A stretch of 32,000 nucleotides of DNA from Thermosulfurimonas dismutans (GTDB lineage: Bacteria; Desulfobacterota; Thermodesulfobacteria; Thermodesulfobacteriales; Thermodesulfobacteriaceae), in contig NZ_LWLG01000017.1 of assembly GCF_001652585.1 (NCBI RefSeq), forward strand, positions 13,397 to 45,396. The letters run 5' to 3'. The notes beneath the pieces were generated by a model that worked only from the letters and a program-made list of their open reading frames with translations, ran no database searches and had not been told where the DNA came from. Positions within the stretch are counted from its first letter, which is position 1, and each line of letters opens with the position of its first letter. Shown in pieces: positions 6,216 through 13,780 of the stretch. A program made the translations under genes and the position numbers.

Positions 6216-7165
6216 GAGGGTGTTCGAAAAAACTAGATATTGACGTTGGGGGAGCCTAGAATTAACTCCCCCAACATGAGAAGAAGCAAACTGCGTCTCA
6301 AGACCATCTTCAAAATAACCCGAGCCATAATAAATGAAAAGCCCCTGGCCTTTCGAGGTCGCCCAAAAACTTATTCCGATGCCTTCATTATCTCTATCTT
6401 CCTCTACCAAACCCTAAAAAATCTATCCTACCGAGAAGCACTAGAAGAGGCCTTCGATATATTGGGACGAAGACCCGCCCTTTCTACCTACCACTACCGA
6501 GTCTCAAAATTCCCTAAACAATCCCTGAAAATCCTTCTCCAAGAATTGGCCCGAAAACTTCTAGCAAAAGAACATCACCTCTTTTCCTTTATCTCTGATG
6601 GCACCGGCTTTAGTTATCATGACCTCTACCCTTTAAAATTCTTAAGAGGCTCAGAAATCAGAAAAGTAAAAGCCCATATAAGAGTGGTCCCCATAATCGG
6701 AGTAACTTCATCCGGAAAAAGAATCGTCATTACCGCTGAAACCGGAGGTCCCTATGCCAGCGAGGTAAAACTTCTCCTGGAAGCTCTGGCAGAAATTGAT
6801 CCAGTCACTTTTAAAGCCGAATGTTTTATAGCAGATAAATGCTATGACAGTCTCAAGGTCATGGAAAAACTTGTAGAGCTTGGATTAAAACCGGCCATAA
6901 AAGTAAAAGAAACCTTCAGGCAGAAGGTAAAACATCCTCTGCGGAAAGATTCCAGAATTTTCTGGGAGAAATGGGGCCGAAATAGATATCTGATTGAAAG
7001 TTTGTTTGGTACGGTAAAACTGAAAATAGGCTCGCATTTTAGGGTAAGAAAGGAAGAAATAGCCCAGAAGAGAGGACTGGCCGCTTTTGTGCTCTATAAT
7101 ATGTACCTCCTGGCTACCCTCCTCTATATCTCGTTGCTCCTTAAAAACTATTTTCGAACACTCTC
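6216..7165 (+). mobile_element. Insertion sequence (IS4/IS5 superfamily, DDE transposase) with terminal inverted repeats and an 11 bp target-site duplication
   Basis: IRL is GAGGGTGTTCGAAAA (6216-6230). IRR is the reverse complement of TTTTCGAACACTCTC (7151-7165), matching 14/15. The direct repeat AGAATTATTAA lies at 6205-6215 and 7166-7176, immediately outside the IRs. Confidence 0.8.
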
Positions 7166-7196
7166 AGAATTATTAAAAGCCTTTTCATCCCAATAA
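6276..7196 (+). CDS. DDE transposase (PF01609-like, IS4/IS5 superfamily)
   Basis: The DDE triad candidates are SDGTGFSY, FIADKCYDS and NRYLIESLFGTVK, the last fitting the R-x3-E-x6-K signature. The ATG at 6276 is preferred over the TTG at 6240. The reading frame runs through IRR and stops in flanking DNA. Confidence 0.75.
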   Translation: MRRSKLRLKTIFKITRAIINEKPLAFRGRPKTYSDAFIISIFLYQTLKNLSYREALEEAFDILGRRPALSTYHYRVSKFPKQSLKILLQELARKLLAKEHHLFSFISDGTGFSYHDLYPLKFLRGSEIRKVKAHIRVVPIIGVTSSGKRIVITAETGGPYASEVKLLLEALAEIDPVTFKAECFIADKCYDSLKVMEKLVELGLKPAIKVKETFRQKVKHPLRKDSRIFWEKWGRNRYLIESLFGTVKLKIGSHFRVRKEEIAQKRGLAAFVLYNMYLLATLLYISLLLKNYFRTLSELLKAFSSQ

Positions 7197-7218
7197 TAAC
7201 CAAGGCAATTTAGTTTCC

Positions 7219-7247
7219 TTGACAAGCAACTCCAGCAATGTTAATAA
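7219..7247 (+). promoter_or_regulatory. Candidate sigma70-type promoter of the TonB-dependent receptor gene
   Basis: TTGACA (7219-7224), a 17 nt spacer, then TAATAA (7242-7247), about 45 nt upstream of the ATG at 7292. Confidence 0.45.
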
Positions 7248-7254
7248 TTCGTGC

Positions 7255-7273
7255 TACGAATATAAAATTCGTA
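7255..7273 (+). promoter_or_regulatory. Perfect 7-5-7 inverted repeat TACGAAT-ATAAA-ATTCGTA (candidate operator or 5'-UTR hairpin)
   Basis: The repeat is read directly from the sequence. It lies between the candidate -10 and the AAGGAGG RBS of the receptor gene. Confidence 0.4.
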
Positions 7274-7291
7274 ATACTAAGGAGGTCGGAG

Positions 7292-9220
7292 ATGCCGAAA
7301 AGTTTTTCATGGTTTCTTCTGGTAGTCAGTATCTGGCTAGCTATGTCCTCCGGAGCCTTGGCCGGTGAAAAGTCCACGGAGGAGAGCACCTGGGGTCTCG
7401 GGGAGGTAGTAATAACAGCCACCAAAACCCCGCACCCCCTGAAAGATGTCCCAGTAGAGACGGTGGTAATAACCAAGGAGGAAATTGAACGTTCCAGCGC
7501 TCAGACCGTAAGTGACCTCTTGCGTTACGTTCCCGGGATATTTGTCAGGGACGAAGATGCCCCCGGCATTTCGAGTTGGCGGGCAACTATAAGGGGCCTG
7601 AGCTTCAACGATGGCTACGGACTCATCCTGATTGATGGAGAACGGGTAAGAGGCGAGGGCATGGGGGATTCCGGGATAGGACTTAACCAGATACCGCCTC
7701 AGATGATCGAAAAGATAGAGGTGGTCAAGGGCCCAAGTTCGGTCCTCTACGGAAGCGACGCCCTTGCGGGTGTAGTAAACATCATCACCAAACCTACTCC
7801 CGACAGAACCATCTATGGTTTCGAGGGAGGTTACGGGAGTTACTGGACGAACATGGAGTATCTCTACTGGGGAACGAAGGCCGCCCCTTGGGGCGTGCTC
7901 TTTCAGGCCTCCCGTGAGGAATCAGAGATGGGACAGTACGGTGTAAGGACCTATCGAGACGAAACTTATAAAAGAGAAAGTTTCTTATCTAACTTCTCTT
8001 ATGAGGTAAATCCAAATCTCGTCCTAGGACTCAAGTTTACGGCCCAGGAAGAGGAACGGAAGATCGAATACCTGACCCAGGACACCGTAGTAAACAGAAA
8101 GGGCTACAAATATCGCATCGCCCCTCACCTCAAAATGATCTTCGATGACGATTCGGAATTGATTGTGAAGGGATATTACTATGACTGGAAATTCGATGCA
8201 GACTCCTACGGCACGGATCCGTATCCCTACGCCCTCTATAAAGGAGATATGTACTATCGAGACCTTGAGGTCCGCTATACCAAACCCGTAAAAACGAGTC
8301 ATCTGGTTACCCTGGGTGCCGAGTATCGGCAAGAGGAATTGGATTACACCTTCTCACAAAGAAAACTTGATATCACTAGTGCCTACTTCCAGGATGAAAT
8401 CGAATTCCATATGGGGTTTCCCATGGAGGTGGTGGCAGGTGCCCGTCTGGATCATCATTCCCGGTATGGCACGGAGTTTTGTCCCAAAGTAAGTCTCCTG
8501 GTGAAACTGGATGAGGCTACCAGAGTAAGGGCTTCCGTAGGAAGAGGCTTCAAATCTCCCACCATCAGACAGGCCTTCTATACCGAACCCTATCCCCACG
8601 GAGATTATTTCTATGTTTCAAACCCGGACCTTGAGGCCGAAACCTCTTGGGGTTATTCCGTGGGAATTGAACGAAATATCGGCGATATCTTCTGGGGGAA
8701 TATCACTTTTTTCAGGAACGACATCGAAGATATGATTATAAGATATTACGACTATAAAGACATCAATAACGACGGCGTTGTCGAAAAAATAAGAACTTTT
8801 AGGAATGCTAAGGAAGCCTACACGCAGGGTATAGAAGTAGCCCTGAAGTTAGCCTTAATTAAAGATGTCTTATGGTTTAATATAGCTTATACCTATTTAG
8901 ATACGGAAGACGAAGATACCGGTAAAGAACTCACCTTTATCCCTGACCATAATCTGGCAGGCCATATAGTTTTCAAGCATAAACCTCTGGGAATATCCTT
9001 TGATATCGGTATCCAATATGTCAGTGAAATGTATACCAATCCTACTAATACTGAGCAAACCAGCAGTTATTCCGTTGTGGATGTGAAACTCGTCAAGACA
9101 ATCGGCAAGCACGCCTCCTTGTCCGTGGAAGGCAATAACATTTTTGACTCTGATTATGGTGAACCAGATCGTGAATGGTGGGGAGCCACTTGGCTGGCCC
9201 GCTTTAAGATGGATTTCTAA
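7292..9220 (+). CDS. TonB-dependent outer-membrane receptor
   Basis: The ATG follows an AAGGAGG RBS. A signal peptide (SFSWFLLVVSIWLAMSSGALA) is followed by a plug domain (EVVITATKTPHPLKDVPVETVVITKEEIERSSAQTVSDLLRYVPGI, IDGERV, VKGPSSVLYGSDALAGVVNIITK). The beta-barrel ends in a terminal ...RFKMDF. Confidence 0.9.
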   Translation: MPKSFSWFLLVVSIWLAMSSGALAGEKSTEESTWGLGEVVITATKTPHPLKDVPVETVVITKEEIERSSAQTVSDLLRYVPGIFVRDEDAPGISSWRATIRGLSFNDGYGLILIDGERVRGEGMGDSGIGLNQIPPQMIEKIEVVKGPSSVLYGSDALAGVVNIITKPTPDRTIYGFEGGYGSYWTNMEYLYWGTKAAPWGVLFQASREESEMGQYGVRTYRDETYKRESFLSNFSYEVNPNLVLGLKFTAQEEERKIEYLTQDTVVNRKGYKYRIAPHLKMIFDDDSELIVKGYYYDWKFDADSYGTDPYPYALYKGDMYYRDLEVRYTKPVKTSHLVTLGAEYRQEELDYTFSQRKLDITSAYFQDEIEFHMGFPMEVVAGARLDHHSRYGTEFCPKVSLLVKLDEATRVRASVGRGFKSPTIRQAFYTEPYPHGDYFYVSNPDLEAETSWGYSVGIERNIGDIFWGNITFFRNDIEDMIIRYYDYKDINNDGVVEKIRTFRNAKEAYTQGIEVALKLALIKDVLWFNIAYTYLDTEDEDTGKELTFIPDHNLAGHIVFKHKPLGISFDIGIQYVSEMYTNPTNTEQTSSYSVVDVKLVKTIGKHASLSVEGNNIFDSDYGEPDREWWGATWLARFKMDF

Positions 9221-9246
9221 ATCCTAATCGGTAAAGGAGGAAAAAC

Positions 9247-9717
9247 ATGAAAAAATTATTAATAGTACCCTTTAGTTTTATGTGTCTTTTAGTTTTCAGT
9301 AGTTTAGTCAAAGCTCACGATCTTTGGCTCCAAGCCCAAAATTATTATCTCGATTCTATGGAAAACATTGAAATAAAAGTTGTGTTTGGTCATAACTTTC
9401 CTTATGAAGATATTTTAATACCAAAAAAAGATATAAGTGAATTTTCATATGTAACTCCTGAAGGAGTTAAAAAATCGGTTACAAATATTTGGGAAAGCAT
9501 AAAGGGTAACAGGAAAAGAGAATACAAAAAAGGAAGTTTGATAGGAGAGATTGATTTATCTAAATGCACAAAATGCAAAGAGGGGACTTATATTATTGCT
9601 GCTTCTAGAGTTAGAAAAGGAGACAAGTTTCATGTACCTTCAGGAAAATATGGTAAAGCTATAATTATAGTAGGCCAAAAAGGTACGCAAAAAATAACTA
9701 AAGGGGGTGTCTTATGA
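9247..9717 (+). CDS. Secreted DUF4198/CbiK(COG5266)-like protein, short form (N-terminal half only)
   Basis: A signal peptide ends ...SLVKA|HDLWLQ. The VFGHNFP and GTYIIAA motifs resemble the neighbouring full-length paralog. It is 156 aa and low in GC. The family assignment comes from memory of the AH-x-W-L N-terminus typical of these Ni/Co-associated periplasmic proteins. Confidence 0.45.
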   Translation: MKKLLIVPFSFMCLLVFSSLVKAHDLWLQAQNYYLDSMENIEIKVVFGHNFPYEDILIPKKDISEFSYVTPEGVKKSVTNIWESIKGNRKREYKKGSLIGEIDLSKCTKCKEGTYIIAASRVRKGDKFHVPSGKYGKAIIIVGQKGTQKITKGGVL

Positions 9718-10514
9718 AGATAAAGAAAAAATTTGTGATTGGTATTTTGACAAGTCTTTTTCTTCTGCTGGCCTTTATTCCTAAAACCTATGCTCACTTT
9801 CTGTGGTTAAACGTTGATGATTATACCCCTAAAAAAGGACAAGAGGTCCGCATCACCCTCGGTTGGGGACACAAGTTCCCCGAAACACCAACCCCTCCTA
9901 GAGAGGAGATGGTAAAGAAACTCTCCCTCTTTTTGATAGATCCTGATGGTCAAAAAATTCCTCTTAATATTCCCGTAAAAGACGGAAAACCACAGCCCGT
10001 TAGAGTAAAGGTAACCAAAAACGGCATTTATTTAGCCGTAGCTATCGCCAAACACTTTGTTTCCAAAACCACGGAAGGTTATTTCTATAAATCCAGAGAC
10101 GAGTTAAAAGACAAAGAAATTATTTATTCCAAGTGGTCTGAAACTACTGCGATCGCTATTATAAGTGTGGGTAAATCTAAAAAATTTGATACTCCTAACA
10201 ATCTAGACTCTAGCTTTTACATCCTTCCTCTGGTTAATCCCTCGGTTTTAAAAGAGGGAGAAACCTTTCAGGTAAAGGCAATATTTTACGGTAAACCCTA
10301 TCGCACCTGGGTGTATGCTACTTATGCGGGATTCAGTAAATTTAAAGATACCTATGCTTGGGCAACCAAAACAGACAAGAGGGGCATAGCTAATATTAAA
10401 ATTTTGAAGAGTGGGGTAAACTGGTTGCTTAAAAGCGAGGTTGAGAAACACTATCCAGATCCAAAGAAAGCCGATATAGCAAGTTACAAATGTTCCGTAA
10501 CATTTGGATTCTAG
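9714..10514 (+). CDS. Secreted DUF4198/CbiK(COG5266)-like periplasmic protein (putative Ni/Co uptake component)
   Basis: The start overlaps the upstream stop (ATGA). A signal peptide ends ...PKTYA|HFLWLN, followed by LGWGHKFPE. It is 266 aa, and the C-terminal half is beta-rich. Confidence 0.5.
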   Translation: MKIKKKFVIGILTSLFLLLAFIPKTYAHFLWLNVDDYTPKKGQEVRITLGWGHKFPETPTPPREEMVKKLSLFLIDPDGQKIPLNIPVKDGKPQPVRVKVTKNGIYLAVAIAKHFVSKTTEGYFYKSRDELKDKEIIYSKWSETTAIAIISVGKSKKFDTPNNLDSSFYILPLVNPSVLKEGETFQVKAIFYGKPYRTWVYATYAGFSKFKDTYAWATKTDKRGIANIKILKSGVNWLLKSEVEKHYPDPKKADIASYKCSVTFGF

Positions 10515-11005
10515 TTTTGATTTTATTTTTATTTCTAGCTTCGCGAGAAGTCCTTGCTCACGGAGTTGAAGGAGAAATTGAATATCTCCGTGGGGCGGTT
10601 GTTGTTACCGCCTGGTATGACACCGGAGAACCGATGAGTTATGCAAAAGTAGAGGTTTATGCCCCTGATAGTAATATCAAATTTCAATCTGGAAGAACAG
10701 ACCGGAATGGTCGTATCGCTTTCGTACCCGATGTACCCGGAAAGTGGCGAGTAGTGATCTCGGATGAACTCGGACACAAGCTCGATCTTTCCGCAAATAT
10801 AACAAGTATTTCTCCGGAGAAACCGGTAGAAAATACTCAAATCACCGAAGCTAGAAAAAGCACATTATTATCGCGCAAAATAAGTATTATTATAGGACTT
10901 TTGTTAATATTCGGCCTCTTCGGCTGGATAAAGGAAATTAAGCAATTTCGTCAAAAGGTTTACGGCGGAGACGATGAGGTAGGGCCAGGCGTTCGGCCAC
11001 CCTGA
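10490..11005 (+). CDS. Secreted beta-sandwich (carboxypeptidase-regulatory/transthyretin-like) protein with a C-terminal TM anchor
   Basis: A signal peptide ends ...EVLA|HGVEGE, followed by GRTDRNGRIAFVPDVPGKWRVV, a typical CarboxypepD_reg-like strand pattern. The hydrophobic anchor is IIIGLLLIFGLFGW. The last 68 nt overlap the convergent chlI-like gene. Confidence 0.4.
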   Translation: MFRNIWILVLILFLFLASREVLAHGVEGEIEYLRGAVVVTAWYDTGEPMSYAKVEVYAPDSNIKFQSGRTDRNGRIAFVPDVPGKWRVVISDELGHKLDLSANITSISPEKPVENTQITEARKSTLLSRKISIIIGLLLIFGLFGWIKEIKQFRQKVYGGDDEVGPGVRPP

Positions 11006-11924
11006 GATCCTCCTCGGTGACCTCGGTCCTCCCGGAAAAGGCCGCGTGAGCCCTAGCCGCACGGGCCATGGTAAGATCGGCTCGGTGCCCGTCAACCCCC
11101 AGCGTTATGGTCTTTTTGGCGATGGCATAAAGCATCTCCTCTGGAAGCCTTACCTCCGGAAGCCTCTCCTTGGCTTCCACGATACGGGCGACCAAGGCTT
11201 CGGTTTCACTCTGAAATTTTTCTTTGAACCCTTCAGGATCCCGCGCAAATTCCTCCCAGCGCTCCATGATGAGCACCCTGGCCTTTGGGTCTTTTAAGCC
11301 CTCGACCGTCACGCAGAGACCGAAACGATCAAGGAGTTGGGGACGAAGTTCTCCCTCTTCTGGATTCATGGTACCCACCAGGACGAAACGGGCGGCGTGA
11401 GAGAAACTTACCCCTTCCCTTTCCACGTAATTCATCCCCATAGCCGCCACATCGAGGAGGGTATCCACCAAGTGATCCGGTAAAAGATTTACCTCGTCCA
11501 CATAGAGAAAACCCCGGTGGGCGGCGGCCAGAAGGCCGGGCTCAAAGCGTCTCTCTCCCCGGGTTAGGGCCGCTTCGAGGTCAATGCTTCCCACCAGGCG
11601 ATCCTCGGTGGCTGAGAGCGGAAGCTCCACCACCCGCACCTTTCGCCTCGTGCGGGGAAGCCGGCCTTCCTTCTCAAGGCGCTCTTTACAGAAAGGACAG
11701 AGGCTTTCGGGTGAGTCCGGATCGCAGGAAAAAGGACAACCCTCCACTACCTCTATCTCCGGAAGGATGTCCGCTAGGGCCCGTACCACCGTAGATTTAC
11801 CGGTGCCCTTTTCACCCCGAATGAGGACTCCCCCGATTCCGGGGTCAATCACGTTAAGAAGCAGAGCTAACTTCATGTCCTCCTGACCTACGATGGCGGT
11901 AAAAGGAAAAAGGTATCTCTTCAT
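10938..11924 (-). CDS. chlI: Class I chelatase AAA+ ATPase subunit (ChlI/BchI-type)
   Basis: The sequence contains FPFTAIVGQEDMKLALLLNVIDPGIGGVLIRGEKGTGKST (Walker A), FLYVDEVNLL (Walker B) and GTMNPEEGELRPQLLDRF. There is a Cys-rich insert, GCPFSCDPDSPESLCPFC. The start overlaps the upstream stop by ATGA. Confidence 0.9.
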   Translation of the reverse strand: MKRYLFPFTAIVGQEDMKLALLLNVIDPGIGGVLIRGEKGTGKSTVVRALADILPEIEVVEGCPFSCDPDSPESLCPFCKERLEKEGRLPRTRRKVRVVELPLSATEDRLVGSIDLEAALTRGERRFEPGLLAAAHRGFLYVDEVNLLPDHLVDTLLDVAAMGMNYVEREGVSFSHAARFVLVGTMNPEEGELRPQLLDRFGLCVTVEGLKDPKARVLIMERWEEFARDPEGFKEKFQSETEALVARIVEAKERLPEVRLPEEMLYAIAKKTITLGVDGHRADLTMARAARAHAAFSGRTEVTEEDLRVAERLALPHRLRRKPFDEIA

Positions 11925-13780
11925 GGTTCACCTCTCGCAATTTCGTAAAGTCTATCAGCCCGGAGGGCTTCAGGGGTAAAGTAACGGGCAGAAAGGAGTT
12001 CGGCGAGCCTCCGGGCCATTTCAAGTCTTAAGCCCCCTGTTTCGGTATCTACCACCACGAATTCGGTCTGCGGAAAGTTCGCCGAAAGTCTTCCGGCCAA
12101 GACCTCGATTTCCTCCCGCGGTGGTTTCCCGGTAAGGCTAACATTACCTCGGCCGTCAGTGATTAGAATGACGGTAGTGAGGAGCCGAGAATCTTTTCGA
12201 CGTATCTCTTCAAGCAATCGGTAAAGTTCGCTAAGGGCGGCGGGAAGCGGGGTTGAGCCTCCTACCGCAAGCTCCGAAAGGACCCTTGCGGCCCGATCCA
12301 CAGAATTGGTAGGCGGGAGAACAATCCGGGCCTTATCCCCGCGGAACACCATAAGGGCCACTCGGTCCCGCCTCTGATAGGCCGAAAGGAGGAGACTCAT
12401 AATAGCACCCTTGGTTTCCCTCATGCGGGCCTCGGCGGCCATGGAACCCGAGCCGTCCACACAGAAGACCACGAGGCGAGAGCTTCTCACCAGCTTGAGC
12501 TTGGCCCGCAGATCCTCCTTACGGATTACAAACCTTCCGGGACCACCACCGCGGATCTTCTGTTTTAAGGCCGCCGAAAGAAAGGTGGGGATAAGGGCTA
12601 TCTCCCCCTCCCCCTTATAGGGAACAGCCCTTACGAAATATCCCCTTCCGGTAAGAGAAAATCCCTTAGATCTCTTACCGAAAATCTTGACCTGCTGTGG
12701 CCGTTCGCGATGACCGCTAAACTCCCTCACCCGGAAGATCTCTCCCACGGAAAAGACTTTGTCCTCGCCCTCTTCGGGCCTTACCTCCTCGGGTTCGGCA
12801 AATTTTGTATCGGTACGACTGTTCTCTCCTCTATCTTGCCCCTCCGTCGGCGTTTCGTGAGAACGACCTCTAGGGGCCTCTTTTTCCCTCGGGGAGGAAT
12901 TCTCTTCAGGAGGCTTGCGGTCTTCTTTGTTTTCTTCCCCGGGCTTACTTTCGGGCTGAGGTTTAGGTCTGCCCCGTGATCTCTCCCGTCTCCGGTGGGC
13001 GAGAACCAGTTCGGCCACGGACTCCACATCCTCGGGGGTGGCCTCGGAGCGGCCCTTTAGGGCCGCGTGGGCCCGAACGGCCTCTAAAAGAAAAATTTCC
13101 GCCCGGTGACCAGCCGCGGCGGCCTCAAGCGCAAGCCGTGCTATGAGGGCACGAAGGTAGCCAGAAATCCTGACCCCGGGAAGCAAGCTTCTGGCCTTTA
13201 AGATTTCCTCACGGAGCCCCCTTTCCTCCTCCGCAAAGGTCTCCTCAAAACCCTCGGGATCCATCTCCCAGAAGAGGCGTCGTCTCAGGATCTCAACCCG
13301 CAGGCTCGGGTCCCTTTCGGCAGAGACCTCCACATAGAGACCGAAACGGTCAAGGAGTTGCGGTGAAAGGGGACCCTCCTCGGGATTCATGGAACCGATC
13401 AAGAGGAATCGCCCGGACTCCGAGGCGGAAAGCAAGAGGGAAACGATGGATGGAGGCAAAAGATTTATCTCGTCCACATAAAGCACTCCGCCCTCGGCCT
13501 GAGCGAAAAGGCCAGGGACAAAGACCCTTCGACCGTGCTTTAAGGCCTCCTCCAGGCAAAGATGACCGGTCAATCGTTCCTCCGTTACTGAAAGGGGAAG
13601 ATTCACAAAAGGGCCTTCGATGAGGCGAGCTAAGGCCCGGCCTGCGGTGGACTTGCCCGTGCCCTTTTCTCCGGAAAGGAGCACCCCCGAAAGCCGCGGG
13701 TTTATCGCGCAGAGCATAAGGGCAAGCTTCATTTCTTCCTGCCCTACAATGGCCGAAAGGGGATAGAGCCTCTTGGTCAT
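11921..13780 (-). CDS. chlD: Class I chelatase bridging subunit (ChlD/BchD-type: AAA-like N-domain, acidic/Pro-rich linker, C-terminal vWA domain)
   Basis: The N-terminal region is AAA-like (LSGEKGTGKST, LYVDEINLL, GSMNPEEGPLSPQLLDRF). A charged linker follows (RRRERSRGRPKPQPESKPGEENKEDRKPPEE...). The vWA MIDAS motif is VFCVDGSGSM. The preferred start at 13780 is an ATGA overlap with the cobN stop, preceded by GGAGAG 8 nt upstream. The longest ORF begins at 13831. Confidence 0.88.
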   Translation of the reverse strand: MTKRLYPLSAIVGQEEMKLALMLCAINPRLSGVLLSGEKGTGKSTAGRALARLIEGPFVNLPLSVTEERLTGHLCLEEALKHGRRVFVPGLFAQAEGGVLYVDEINLLPPSIVSLLLSASESGRFLLIGSMNPEEGPLSPQLLDRFGLYVEVSAERDPSLRVEILRRRLFWEMDPEGFEETFAEEERGLREEILKARSLLPGVRISGYLRALIARLALEAAAAGHRAEIFLLEAVRAHAALKGRSEATPEDVESVAELVLAHRRRERSRGRPKPQPESKPGEENKEDRKPPEENSSPREKEAPRGRSHETPTEGQDRGENSRTDTKFAEPEEVRPEEGEDKVFSVGEIFRVREFSGHRERPQQVKIFGKRSKGFSLTGRGYFVRAVPYKGEGEIALIPTFLSAALKQKIRGGGPGRFVIRKEDLRAKLKLVRSSRLVVFCVDGSGSMAAEARMRETKGAIMSLLLSAYQRRDRVALMVFRGDKARIVLPPTNSVDRAARVLSELAVGGSTPLPAALSELYRLLEEIRRKDSRLLTTVILITDGRGNVSLTGKPPREEIEVLAGRLSANFPQTEFVVVDTETGGLRLEMARRLAELLSARYFTPEALRADRLYEIARGEP

